Positions 30,632 through 40,492 of a stretch of DNA of 64,000 bases are shown here, piece by piece. The stretch spans positions 186,823 through 250,822 of the forward strand of contig CAWKAR010000039.1 of assembly GCA_963847625.1 (NCBI GenBank), in the 5' to 3' direction. Below the pieces are notes generated by a model. That model was given only the letters and a program-made list of their open reading frames with translations, searched no databases and was not told the DNA's origin. Position numbers and translations under genes: made by a program. This DNA is from a candidate division FCPU426 bacterium. GTDB lineage: Bacteria; Oederibacteriota; Muellerivitia; Muellerivitales; Muellerivitaceae. Numbering within the stretch: the first letter of the stretch is position 1; each line of letters starts with the position of its first letter.

Positions 30632-31165
30632 ATGATCATGAGATTGTTCCTGATATCGGTTTTGTGCATGTCCTTGGTTTCCTGCGCGGAACTTTCCGAG
30701 CAACTGGGATTAACGCATAGGACCGACCTGGAAATGCGCTCCGGCCCATCGGGAAGCCTGGATAACCCGACCGTCCTAGACCCCTTTAAGAAGTATAACT
30801 TCGTCATGGCGGCCGATGATTGCCGGTATTTCCAGATGAAAGTGCCCCATGACTGGTATTGGAAGTTGTTCATGACGGTCGATAACCATAGTGACCTCAG
30901 CCATGGTGCCTTGGAAACCGCCATCGCCGATGTTGTCCCGCCTTGGGCGGCCTTGCCCGACTCCAGTTTCAGAAAAACGTTCGAACTGGATCAGGGTGGC
31001 GTCCAAGGGGTCCTAGGTGTTGGCAACCCGGGGCCAGACAGGACAGCCCTTTTAAAAATGTGCCAAAGCGGGGCACCGCTACGCATCATCCTGGAAAGCC
31101 AGGTTTCCGCCACTTCCGCGCTTTTGGGACCCAAGATGCCCACCACCGAAAACCCGGAACCCTAA
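30632..31165 (+). CDS. Hypothetical lipoprotein
   Basis: Lipobox LVSC. Confidence 0.6.
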   Translation: MIMRLFLISVLCMSLVSCAELSEQLGLTHRTDLEMRSGPSGSLDNPTVLDPFKKYNFVMAADDCRYFQMKVPHDWYWKLFMTVDNHSDLSHGALETAIADVVPPWAALPDSSFRKTFELDQGGVQGVLGVGNPGPDRTALLKMCQSGAPLRIILESQVSATSALLGPKMPTTENPEP

Positions 31166-31236
31166 GAAAGCCGATTCAAATATCCGGTTCGGATGATCAA
31201 ACCTTTGAACTCCACGGCTCAACGCAACGGTGGGGC

Positions 31237-31698
31237 CTACAAATCCACCCGGCTTTCCAGTATTTGCGAAGCTTTCCGAGCCTCCGATTCCCTTACCATC
31301 AACTTTATCCCGCCAAATGCCGCGTCGAGTGTGGCCGGAGGAATAAGGCCTATTTGACGCTCATATTCGTCAAAAAGAAAACTTTCAATGCCTTCCGAGT
31401 CTAATTTTGTTTTAGCCAGGTTAGCCTCAATGGAATTCTGATATTGGCCAATGGGAATTAAATCTTCGGCTAAGGCTTCGGGCTCGTCGGGCTCATCGGG
31501 AATATCGGGGGGAATAAATGCTTCCACCTCGGGGGGTTTATTCTCTTCCTCGAACGCCTTCAGGCATGAGGGCCGGTTGCAGTAGTAGTACTCCGGACCT
31601 TCCTTCAAGCATTCGTGGCAAAAATACTCATGGCAGTGGTGGCAGAAGCTGAGGGCCTTTCGGTCCGGATGGTTCAGGCAAAAATGTTCCTGATTCAT
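31237..31698 (-). CDS. B-box-like zinc finger + DUF2007-like domain protein
   Basis: CLNHP...CHHCHEYFCHEC; EANLAKTKLDSEGIESF, GGIKLMV. Confidence 0.75.
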   Translation of the reverse strand: MNQEHFCLNHPDRKALSFCHHCHEYFCHECLKEGPEYYYCNRPSCLKAFEEENKPPEVEAFIPPDIPDEPDEPEALAEDLIPIGQYQNSIEANLAKTKLDSEGIESFLFDEYERQIGLIPPATLDAAFGGIKLMVRESEARKASQILESRVDL

Positions 31699-31707
31699 AT
31701 CTGTGGT

Positions 31708-32232
31708 TTATTTCCCCGTAGAATTTGCCAAAGCATCCTTCAGGAATTGGATCAGGGATTCCCGGCCCAGGTAGCCCACATGGACCTTGGAGTCATTATT
31801 CGGATATCGAACCACGAGTGTCGGGAATCCCCGGATTTGATACCGCGTTTGGAGTTCCGTGACTTCCGGCGGGTTCGTCTTCGTTTCCCGCCTGCGGTCC
31901 ATCACCGTGACCAGGATGAAGGATTGGCCGATCCAATCAGCCTGGGCCTTGTCGTCAAACACTTCGGCTTTCATTTTCTTGCAGTAGCCGCACCACTCGG
32001 CCGTGAAATCGTAAAGGATGGGTTTTTGCCCCTTTTGAAATTCTTCTTCGCCGTCCTGGATCGACATCCACTGGCCGGCCCGATTTGATAGGGTTTTATC
32101 CTTTGATATGGGATTGTCCTTATGAAAAAATTGGAAGGTTTCCCAAACCGCCAACAATATAAAAATGAGTACGGCCATTTTTGCAAAAAGCACCCAAAGC
32201 GGCACGGATTTGGTTTCATTTACAGGTATCAA
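31708..32232 (-). CDS. Membrane-anchored thioredoxin-family protein
   Basis: TM, WCGYC, GFPT; paralog of 24102..24620. Confidence 0.85.
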   Translation of the reverse strand: MIPVNETKSVPLWVLFAKMAVLIFILLAVWETFQFFHKDNPISKDKTLSNRAGQWMSIQDGEEEFQKGQKPILYDFTAEWCGYCKKMKAEVFDDKAQADWIGQSFILVTVMDRRRETKTNPPEVTELQTRYQIRGFPTLVVRYPNNDSKVHVGYLGRESLIQFLKDALANSTGK

Positions 32233-32390
32233 TGACTTTCCTTTATGAATGATATTGAAGGAAAAGAATAAGGTGACACATCCATTTTACCTGGGAAATT
32301 TCGTGATAGGTTGAAATTGGGGTGGGAAAAACGAGTATTATCTATAAAATCGCCTATTCATTATCAGAGATTCTAAAGTTTGAAAGGCGT

Positions 32391-32768
32391 AAAGCAAAAC
32401 CATATATTAGCCACATGCCAATCTTCCATGAAGCTTATAAAGAGATTGGTATCGCACCGATCTCCAATAATTTTTATGGATGATCGGCACGGATTCAGGG
32501 GATGTGCCGATTCACCCCTAAAACAGTTAAGGAAATCGGTACTATACCGAACTTTCATTGAAAGCTTTAATGAGGTTCGGCATGCATTTAGATAGGCCAA
32601 AACATTCATGAAAACTTCTTGAATGAATTTTAAATCCTCAATTTTAAATTTTTTTTAAGCAAATCCCATGAATCCCATGCATGGCAGCCTTCTACGAAGC
32701 TTTTATTAAAGCTGGTATAATAGCGATTTCATTAACTGTATTATTGTGAATCGGCACATCTGTGGCTA
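32391..32768. repeat. Cluster of three copies of a double-hairpin element (A 32415-32490 +, B 32504-32583 -, C 32681-32757 +)
   Basis: Each reads ATG(C/G)C-N11-AAGCTT-N11-13-GGTAT, then a second hairpin (consensus GYACCGAT...ATCGGCAC); fourth copy at 48999-49082. Confidence 0.8.
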
Positions 32769-32817
32769 GAGATTATTTTGATAAGATGTGTTTTCGAATA
32801 AATTTAAAAAGGATCGT

Positions 32818-34011
32818 ATGATTTATTTCGACCACGCCGCCACCACCCCCTTGGACGAACAAGTCCTGGAAGCCATGATGCCTTTCCTGAAAGAGGAATA
32901 TGGTAATCCTTCCAGCTTGCACGCCTCCGGGCGGGCCGCGCGGGCTGCGGTGGAACATTCCCGCGAAAAGATCGCCCTCACGTTGAATTCCGACCCGAAA
33001 GAAATCGTCTTTACCAGCGGCGGCACGGAAGCCGTGAATGCCGTCCTTAAAGGAATGGCTTTCGTCAACCAGGGGAAGGCCCGGCATTTCATCATTTCCG
33101 CGGTGGAGCACCATTGCGTGCTGGATTGCACGGAATGGCTGACCCGCCAGGGATGCTCCGTCACCGCCGTGGGCGTTGACTCCGAGGGCCAGGTCGATCC
33201 CAAAGAGGTGGAAAAGGCCATCCGGCCGGGCGAAACAACGTTGATCTCCATCATGGCGGCCAACAACGAAGTGGGCACGATCCAGCCTTTCGGGGAGATC
33301 GGGGCCCTGGCCAAGGGGCATGGGATTCCCTTCCATACCGACGCGGTACAGGCTTACGGCAAGGTTCCCATCGACGTGCAACGGGATCACATCGATTTTC
33401 TTTCGGCTTCGGGCCACAAGATATACGGACCCAAGGGTTGCGGTTTCTTTTACCAAAGAAGGGGGATGGACCTGGTCCCGCTCCAGCATGGGGGCGGGCA
33501 GGAGAGAAACCGGCGGGGAGGCACCGAAAACGCGGCTGGGATCGTGGGCCTGGGGGAAGCGGCCAGGCGGATCTGCCTTGAGATGCCGAGGCATGGGCGC
33601 TTAAGGGCGCTGGCGCAAATCCTCCTGGATGAAATGAAAAAAGCGTATCCCGAGGTGAGGGTCAACGGGCCATTGGATCCCGAAAAAAGGGTCCCGGGAA
33701 TCCTGAACATCACCCTGCCCGGCATCGAGGGGGAGACCCTCGTCCATAGCCTGGACAACCGGGGTTTCGCTGTTTCCTCGGGGGCCGCCTGTGCGGCCGG
33801 ATCGGCGATACCTTCCCATGTCCTATCGGCCATGGGCCGGAGCCCGAAAGAAACCAAGGAGGGCCTTCGTTTTTCCTTCGGCCGGTCCAATACCGGGGAA
33901 CAGGTTCAGGAACTGTTGGGGACCCTGCCCTCCGTCATTCAAAGCCTTCAAATGATGTCTTCCTTCCTGGAGGAGGGTGAACCCAAATCAGAAACCCCCA
34001 AGCCCCGCTAA
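32818..34011 (+). CDS. iscS: Cysteine desulfurase (IscS/NifS family)
   Basis: YFDHAATTP, GNPSSLH, FTSGGTE, HTDAVQA, SGHKIYGPKG, SSGAAC. Confidence 0.92.
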   Translation: MIYFDHAATTPLDEQVLEAMMPFLKEEYGNPSSLHASGRAARAAVEHSREKIALTLNSDPKEIVFTSGGTEAVNAVLKGMAFVNQGKARHFIISAVEHHCVLDCTEWLTRQGCSVTAVGVDSEGQVDPKEVEKAIRPGETTLISIMAANNEVGTIQPFGEIGALAKGHGIPFHTDAVQAYGKVPIDVQRDHIDFLSASGHKIYGPKGCGFFYQRRGMDLVPLQHGGGQERNRRGGTENAAGIVGLGEAARRICLEMPRHGRLRALAQILLDEMKKAYPEVRVNGPLDPEKRVPGILNITLPGIEGETLVHSLDNRGFAVSSGAACAAGSAIPSHVLSAMGRSPKETKEGLRFSFGRSNTGEQVQELLGTLPSVIQSLQMMSSFLEEGEPKSETPKPR

Positions 34012-34109
34012 AGCGGCCCAGGAACGGGAAAGGCCCGCCAGAGTCCATCTTTCAAGTGTGATTTTACCCGGTATCTGTTCTAAAATAACCGGCCGGTCAT
34101 TCCTGCCTT

Positions 34110-35792
34110 TTGGAAAGGTTTTCGACAGTGATCCTGAGAAAGTTGGGTTTCCGAATCGCCATAACCGCCGCGCTTTCCATTTTCCTCCTGGAAGGAATCA
34201 TCGGCGCGTACAACGCCGCGCACCAGAAACAAAACCTCTTGGACCAAAAGGTCGGGTATTTGGACCTGGTCGTCCAGTCCCTCCAGGAGGATTTCGCGCG
34301 CCAAATTCAAAAGGAAAATTTCGAGAATCTCTCCGCCACCGTATCGGCCCTTTCCCGCCAATTCCAGGTCAGCACCCTCACGCTTTTCGACAAAAGGGGA
34401 AAAGTCCTGGTCCGAAGCCAATACCAGGAAGGTTTTGAAAGCCGGCTGGGCGACCTGAAACAAAAACTCATTTTGTCCCAGTCCCTTAGAAAATGTTGGG
34501 AAGAAACCTGGAAGACCCCGGAAGGGGAGATTTTAAGGTACCTCACCGCCATCCGGGACGGGGAGGGCAAGGTGGTCGGCGGGATCAACGTGGAAATCCC
34601 CCTTTCCCAGTTGGAATCACAAGTCAGGTTTTCCATCCTGGAAACGGCGGGAATCGCGGCCCTCATCTCCCTGGCCATCGTGCTCATCCTGATGCCCCTT
34701 TTGAGGGTTTTCGTCGTGAATCCCATCAACTCCATCAAGACCGAACTCATGGACTTTTCCAAGGGTGAGGCGGACCTGACCTTCCGGATCAAGGTGCGGT
34801 CCCGGGACGAGATCGGAGACATGTCCGAATGGTTCAACACCTTCCTGGAGAAAATCCGGAACATGGTTTCCCGGGTCCTGGAGCATTCCCAGCGCCTTTC
34901 CGAGCAGGTGCTCGAGTTGATCAACTCTACCGGCGAGGTGTCCTCCATGAGCGAGGATGTTTCCACGACCATCTCGCAGATCGCCCGGGGCGCGGAGGAA
35001 CAGGCCGCCAAGATCGCCGAGGTTCACCATTTAATGCAGGAGATGCAGGAGACCATGAAGGACGTGGAAAACAAGGTGGGGGAAACTTCCGCCGCGGTGG
35101 ACAAGGCCACCTTAACCGCCCAGGCGGGCGGCAAGCTGGCCCGGGTCACCATCGACCGGATGGTGACCCTGAACGAGACCATCCTGAAGAATTCGGAGCT
35201 CATCCACCACCTGGGCCGCAAAAGCCAGGAAATCGGGGGCGTGGTGGAGATCATCCAGGGAATCTCCGAGCAAACCAACCTGTTGTCCCTGAACGCCGCC
35301 ATCGAGGCGGCCCGGGCGGGGGAGCACGGCAAGGGTTTCGCGGTGGTGGCCGAGGAAATCCGCATCCTAGCCGACCGGGTCGGGAAGGCGACCGGGGAAA
35401 TCGGGAACGTGATCCAGGTGATCCAGGACGAGACCCTGGCGGCGGTGGGATCCATGGAAAAAGGCGCCAAAGAGGCCCAGGTGAGCCAGGAAAGCATCCG
35501 TCAGATGGAGGGGGCCCTGGACGAGATCGTGGCGGTCATCGAGAACGTGGTCCAGTTCAGCAAGAGCATCTCCGACCTGGTGGCCCTCCAGAACGAGCGG
35601 TACAGCAGGATCGTTAACGGCATCCAGGACATCAACGCGGTTTCGGAGGAGTCGGCCGCCTCCACCGAGGAGGTTTCAGCCTCAACGGAGGAGCAAACCG
35701 CCAACATGGAGCAGATCAACGCCACTTTCAAGGAAATCTCCACGATGGCGGAAGAATTGAAAACAATGGTGGAAAAGTTTAAGATCCGGTAA
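34110..35792 (+). CDS. Methyl-accepting chemotaxis protein
   Basis: Two TMs, HAMP (DEIGDMSEWFN), QTNLLSLNAAIEAARAGEHGKGFAVVAEE. Confidence 0.95.
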   Translation: MERFSTVILRKLGFRIAITAALSIFLLEGIIGAYNAAHQKQNLLDQKVGYLDLVVQSLQEDFARQIQKENFENLSATVSALSRQFQVSTLTLFDKRGKVLVRSQYQEGFESRLGDLKQKLILSQSLRKCWEETWKTPEGEILRYLTAIRDGEGKVVGGINVEIPLSQLESQVRFSILETAGIAALISLAIVLILMPLLRVFVVNPINSIKTELMDFSKGEADLTFRIKVRSRDEIGDMSEWFNTFLEKIRNMVSRVLEHSQRLSEQVLELINSTGEVSSMSEDVSTTISQIARGAEEQAAKIAEVHHLMQEMQETMKDVENKVGETSAAVDKATLTAQAGGKLARVTIDRMVTLNETILKNSELIHHLGRKSQEIGGVVEIIQGISEQTNLLSLNAAIEAARAGEHGKGFAVVAEEIRILADRVGKATGEIGNVIQVIQDETLAAVGSMEKGAKEAQVSQESIRQMEGALDEIVAVIENVVQFSKSISDLVALQNERYSRIVNGIQDINAVSEESAASTEEVSASTEEQTANMEQINATFKEISTMAEELKTMVEKFKIR

Positions 35793-36010
35793 ACATCCCT
35801 GGGAGTTCCCTTTAGCGCGATAGAAAATGATTTCACTCTCCGGTCCTTCATCCTAAACCTTTTTAAAAGACCGATGCCCGTTTTTTATTTTCTACCGGGC
35901 AATACAAGAGTGGGTTGGGATTCCGGGAGCCTAGGCGATGGCGGAGTTCATCGGCTCTTATGAGCATCTCGGTTAAAAAAACTTGTATCCCCTTATAAGG
36001 GTTAAATGGA

Positions 36011-38062
36011 ATGGTTAAAATTAGGTCCTATCTTGGGGTTAATATTTCATTCATTGCTTGGGCCTGTTTTTTTGTTTTTCTGGTTTCAAACACCCTTTTA
36101 TCCTATTTTGCTTTGCCCCTTGTCACCAGGCTTCAAATCGGCCTTTGGGGTATATTTTTCCCTTTCCTTTTTGCTTTTTTTAGCGATCCCAAAAAACTAA
36201 GGGAAACACCATCCTGCCTGGAACATGAGTTTCTTCCTTCCATCCCGAATTGGCTTTGGATCTTGGTATTTTTTTCCGGAATTTTTTTACGCCTCCACCA
36301 GCTTGTTTCCCTCTCCACATGGCCGACCCCTGATGAAGGAAACTATGCCCTTGGATCAATGGACCTTTCCCAAAATGGAATATGGCATTTGTCCTATACC
36401 ATTCGTCAACATCCCCCTCTATTTAACTGGGCTTTGGCTCTTTTTTTTAAATGGATTTCCCCGTCGATATTTTCCCTTTGGCTGTTTCCAGCCATCCTCA
36501 GTATTTTGGCCCTGCTGATAGCCGGCTTGGCCGGGCGGGCCTATTTGTCCAAGTCTTCGAACTTCATTTGTTTTGTTTTAGCCGCCACGGGTTTCTGGCC
36601 CCTTTTCGTAGGAAGGTTTTGTTCCAATTTCATATTATCTTTTCTTTTTGAATTTTTAGCGTTTTTGATTTTAAGCTTATTTTTGAGGAGCCAATCAGCC
36701 GGCCAGTATCGAAGGTATGCCCTTCTTTTAGGGCTGTGCGTGGGATTTGGACTTTTTACTTTTGTGGTATGGACTGTCGTGGCGGTTGCCGTGATTTTGG
36801 CATTTGTGTTTTCCCGGGGAAAAAAGGGGAAATGGACTTTTTTAAACTTTTTCCTGCCCCTGTCCTGTTTTGGCGTTTTCAGTGTTTATTTTTACTGCGC
36901 ACACGCAAAACCCATTCAATCGGAATGGGGCTTCCGGTCCGGAATGGATTTTAGCCAGCAATTCGTGAGCTCTTTTTCCTACCTCAGCGCCATGTTTTGG
37001 GGAACCTCAAAATATTGCTATGGCCCCGTGTGGGGAGGATTGTTTAACCCTGTATTTGATTCATTGACATTCCTGGGAATGGCGGTTTGCTGCCGTAAAT
37101 GGAATACCGCGTTCTATAAATGGATCCTGATTTGCCTGGGACTTTTTATCCTGCCGGGGGTTGTTTCAAGGGATTTAGAAACTTTCCGGGTTATTTTTAC
37201 TTTTCCCTTATTGGCGATGGTTGCGGTTATGGGGATGGGGTTGTTGCTTGGGCCTTTGAAAAAATATCGCAAGATAACTATCGGGATCCTTTTGATAGCC
37301 GGTTCGTGCCTTGATATTTATCACCTTTATGGCCCTTACCACTCCCGGTTTGGGACTCCCGGGCCCGAATGGTATTACATGAAAACGAACACCGGATACC
37401 AAGCTTACTTGAAACTGGAGGACATTCACCGCATCCGGGGAAAAGGGTTCATCCTGCACGACCTCCGGGTTGTGAATGACCCAACGCTTCAAGCTGCGAC
37501 TTTTGGTTTTGATGCGGCCCAAAACACCGGAATTCCATTTCAAGACGCGAAGTGGGCGGCGGTGATTGTCGGAATGGATTATCTGCCGTTCTTATCCCGG
37601 AGGGTTCCGGAAATAACCTGGTATCCCTTGGGAAAAGAGCAAAAGCAAGACCCTATGGAATGGTGGCTGGGCATCATTCCTTGTGAAAGTGAGCGGACTC
37701 GAAAAATGCTAAAGGAATGGGTGAGGGCCGGTCTGGAAATCCGGTCGGTTTCCGGACAACTGATGAATTCCTCCCCGGGGAATTTATCGTTGCCGGTAAT
37801 GACTTGTTTCCCTGAAGCCCAAAGCCTTGTGCGGAATGATCCTTTTTTAGCGTCTTGTTTTTGGGAGAAGATGATTTTTTATTACTGCATTGTTGAAAAA
37901 AATGATGAAAAAGCTTTTTCGGCAATCGATCAATGCGCAAAATACGGATATCCTTTACCGCATCTATTGGACCTGAAGAAGGCCTTGATGAAATCCCGGC
38001 GGCAAATGACACCCCAAAACCAACCGGTTGAAATAATTGAAAACCGTGGTGGAAAAGTTTAA
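36011..38062 (+). CDS. Membrane glycosyltransferase (GT39/PMT-like)
   Basis: WPTPDEG, HPPLFNW, many TMs; lower GC than flanks. Confidence 0.65.
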   Translation: MVKIRSYLGVNISFIAWACFFVFLVSNTLLSYFALPLVTRLQIGLWGIFFPFLFAFFSDPKKLRETPSCLEHEFLPSIPNWLWILVFFSGIFLRLHQLVSLSTWPTPDEGNYALGSMDLSQNGIWHLSYTIRQHPPLFNWALALFFKWISPSIFSLWLFPAILSILALLIAGLAGRAYLSKSSNFICFVLAATGFWPLFVGRFCSNFILSFLFEFLAFLILSLFLRSQSAGQYRRYALLLGLCVGFGLFTFVVWTVVAVAVILAFVFSRGKKGKWTFLNFFLPLSCFGVFSVYFYCAHAKPIQSEWGFRSGMDFSQQFVSSFSYLSAMFWGTSKYCYGPVWGGLFNPVFDSLTFLGMAVCCRKWNTAFYKWILICLGLFILPGVVSRDLETFRVIFTFPLLAMVAVMGMGLLLGPLKKYRKITIGILLIAGSCLDIYHLYGPYHSRFGTPGPEWYYMKTNTGYQAYLKLEDIHRIRGKGFILHDLRVVNDPTLQAATFGFDAAQNTGIPFQDAKWAAVIVGMDYLPFLSRRVPEITWYPLGKEQKQDPMEWWLGIIPCESERTRKMLKEWVRAGLEIRSVSGQLMNSSPGNLSLPVMTCFPEAQSLVRNDPFLASCFWEKMIFYYCIVEKNDEKAFSAIDQCAKYGYPLPHLLDLKKALMKSRRQMTPQNQPVEIIENRGGKV

Positions 38063-38144
38063 GATCCGTTGAAAGAAAAGCTGGCAGCCGTATGTTCATA
38101 AACCATTTCGTGGCGGCCCCCCATCCGGTTAAAAGGAGTCTCTC

Positions 38145-39455
38145 ATGACCAAGCCTTTGTCCTTGGACTTGTCGTATATATCCGATGCCGTTTCCGAGCA
38201 GGAGATATCCTCCCTTTCGCCGCAATTGGAAAGGGCGTTGAAATCCCTGCTGGATAAAACGGGCCGGGGGGCGGATTTCCTGGGCTGGATCGGCCTTCCT
38301 TTCACCGCGGCCAAGCAACTGCAAGCCCTGCGGAAAGCCGCCGGGGCGTTTGACAAATGCCGGGACGTAGTCTGCGTGGGAATCGGCGGGTCCTACTTGG
38401 GAACGAGAGCGACCCTCGAGGCCCTGGGGGGGGCGCCTAAAATTCACTTCGCCGGCCACCACCTTTCCCCCACGGCATTCCAAGACCTACTATCGGAATT
38501 GAAACCCAAAAAAACCGGGATTTGCGTCATTTCCAAATCCGGAACCACCACCGAACCCGCGGTGGCCTTTCGGATCCTGAAATCCTGGCTTGAAAAAGGG
38601 GTTGGAAAAAAGAAGGCCCGCAAGAGGATCGTGGCCGTGACCGACCAGGCCAAGGGGGCCTTGAAGGGCATGGCGGACGCCGAGGGATACAAAACATTCG
38701 TCATCCCCGACGACGTGGGGGGGCGTTACTCGGTCCTGACCCCCGTAGGGCTCCTGCCGATTGCCATCGCGGGGTTCGACATCGGAAAGCTCCTGAAGGG
38801 GGCCCAGGACGCGGCCCAGGACATGAAGTCCGGGGATTTTTCCGTGAACCTCTCGGCCCATTACGCGGCGGCCCGGTTCCTTCTATATCAAAAGGGAAAG
38901 ACCATCGAGGTACTGGCCAATTTCAAGCCGGAATTGCACTATGTCGGCGAGTGGTGGAAGCAGCTTTACGGGGAATCGGAGGGTAAGGAAGGCAAGGGCC
39001 TATTCCCGGCCAGCGTGGATTTGACCACCGACCTGCATAGCATGGGCCAATACCTGCAGGAAGGCCGAAGGACGTTGCTGGAAACCATCCTTTGGGTCCG
39101 AAAGGAGGATAAGGAAGTTCTCATTCCCAGGGACCCGGAAGACCGGGAAGGGTTGAATTTTCTGGCGGGAAAAAGGCTTTCCTGGGTCAACGAACAGGCC
39201 ATGAGGGGCACGGCGGTGGCCCACCGGGACGGGGGATTGCCCGTCATCCGCCTTACATTGGATAAAATTTCGGAGTATTCCTTGGGATACCTTTATTATT
39301 TCTTCGAGATGGCTTGCGGAATTTCAGGAACCCTCTTGGGGATCAATCCCTTCGACCAGCCGGGCGTGGAAGCGTACAAGAAAAACATGTTCGCGCTTCT
39401 CGGTAAAAAAGGTTATGAGGATTTAGCGGCCCAATTGCGGACCAAGGGCGTCTAA
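38145..39455 (+). CDS. pgi: Glucose-6-phosphate isomerase
   Basis: GIGGSYLG, SKSGTTTE, DVGGRYS, ESEGK, NPFDQPGVEAYK. Confidence 0.97.
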   Translation: MTKPLSLDLSYISDAVSEQEISSLSPQLERALKSLLDKTGRGADFLGWIGLPFTAAKQLQALRKAAGAFDKCRDVVCVGIGGSYLGTRATLEALGGAPKIHFAGHHLSPTAFQDLLSELKPKKTGICVISKSGTTTEPAVAFRILKSWLEKGVGKKKARKRIVAVTDQAKGALKGMADAEGYKTFVIPDDVGGRYSVLTPVGLLPIAIAGFDIGKLLKGAQDAAQDMKSGDFSVNLSAHYAAARFLLYQKGKTIEVLANFKPELHYVGEWWKQLYGESEGKEGKGLFPASVDLTTDLHSMGQYLQEGRRTLLETILWVRKEDKEVLIPRDPEDREGLNFLAGKRLSWVNEQAMRGTAVAHRDGGLPVIRLTLDKISEYSLGYLYYFFEMACGISGTLLGINPFDQPGVEAYKKNMFALLGKKGYEDLAAQLRTKGV

Positions 39456-39496
39456 ACAACATCCAACCTTTTCTTCTGATTGAACAGGGAGTAGGA

Positions 39497-40492
39497 ATGA
39501 AAAAAAAGGCTTTTTTTATTATTTCCTTCATCGGCGCCTTTCTGTTGCCGGCCTTTCCGGCTTTCGCGGTGGACGATACCGCCTCCAACCTTATTTCTTA
39601 CGGACAGATCCGTTTGGGGGATATCAACGATCTTATCAACAAAAAATACCCGGGAAAAAAGGAGAATTTTTGGAACGTTTCCGGCATCGCCTACCATAAT
39701 TTCTCGGATGCGCCGAAGACCGATGTGATCATCGGCGTTGCCGGATACCGGGACAATGGGGTTATTTACAACCTCGGGCGCCAAATGGTCGAGGACGCGG
39801 GAGCCGGTTTCGCTTATTTCCACAAGGTTAAGGATGATTGGAAACTCATCCAGGTGGAGCTGGTGGACGGGAAAAAATACGAGGGTTTCGAGGGATCCGA
39901 CTTGACCGCCCAGGGGAGGGACCAATTGGTGGTTTACTCTTCCTCCGGCATCACCCAGATCGCGAACATTTACATCTTCAACAACGGCGGATCCTTCAAA
40001 AAGGCGGCCTCCATCCAGGGGTTCGGGATGGGCCCGAGAGTCGCGGGGGAATCCGGCAAGCACCTGATGGTGGATTACCAGAGGGCCATGATCAACAATG
40101 AGGAAGGGTTCCGGATCTATTACGGGAGGCCCTTCCGTTGGAACGGCCATGGTTTTATGGTGGCCAAGGATGAGTTTTTGGACCGGGTCCAATCCTTCGA
40201 CCCCGTCCATTCGACCAACGGCGAGTCCTTGAAGGCCCTGGAGTTTTTTGAGAAATATCTTTCCGGCCACCCGAAGGATTTTTGCGCGATTGCCGATTGT
40301 TATGACCTGAGCCGCCGGTTGGGCCTCCCGGAAAAGAGGGACCAATACCGCAAGCAATTGGCTCAGATGAAAGAAGAACCTGTGGTTTGTGATTTATGCG
40401 ACGAATGGCTCAATGACAAGAACCATAACGCCCAGCAGCAATATTTGGAATGGTTAATGGGCAAAGGAAGAACGAAGAAGGATGAGAATTAA
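39497..40492 (+). CDS. Hypothetical secreted protein
   Basis: Signal peptide ending AFA; RBS GGAG. Confidence 0.65.
   Translation: MKKKAFFIISFIGAFLLPAFPAFAVDDTASNLISYGQIRLGDINDLINKKYPGKKENFWNVSGIAYHNFSDAPKTDVIIGVAGYRDNGVIYNLGRQMVEDAGAGFAYFHKVKDDWKLIQVELVDGKKYEGFEGSDLTAQGRDQLVVYSSSGITQIANIYIFNNGGSFKKAASIQGFGMGPRVAGESGKHLMVDYQRAMINNEEGFRIYYGRPFRWNGHGFMVAKDEFLDRVQSFDPVHSTNGESLKALEFFEKYLSGHPKDFCAIADCYDLSRRLGLPEKRDQYRKQLAQMKEEPVVCDLCDEWLNDKNHNAQQQYLEWLMGKGRTKKDEN

Noticed and set aside
32373..32609. Short ORFs on both strands over the hairpin cluster
   Set aside because: No RBS or recognisable motifs; reading frames are not conserved among element copies.
35925..35970. Fluoride riboswitch-like GGCGATGG
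   Set aside because: Pseudoknot complement and downstream consensus are absent; downstream gene is unrelated.
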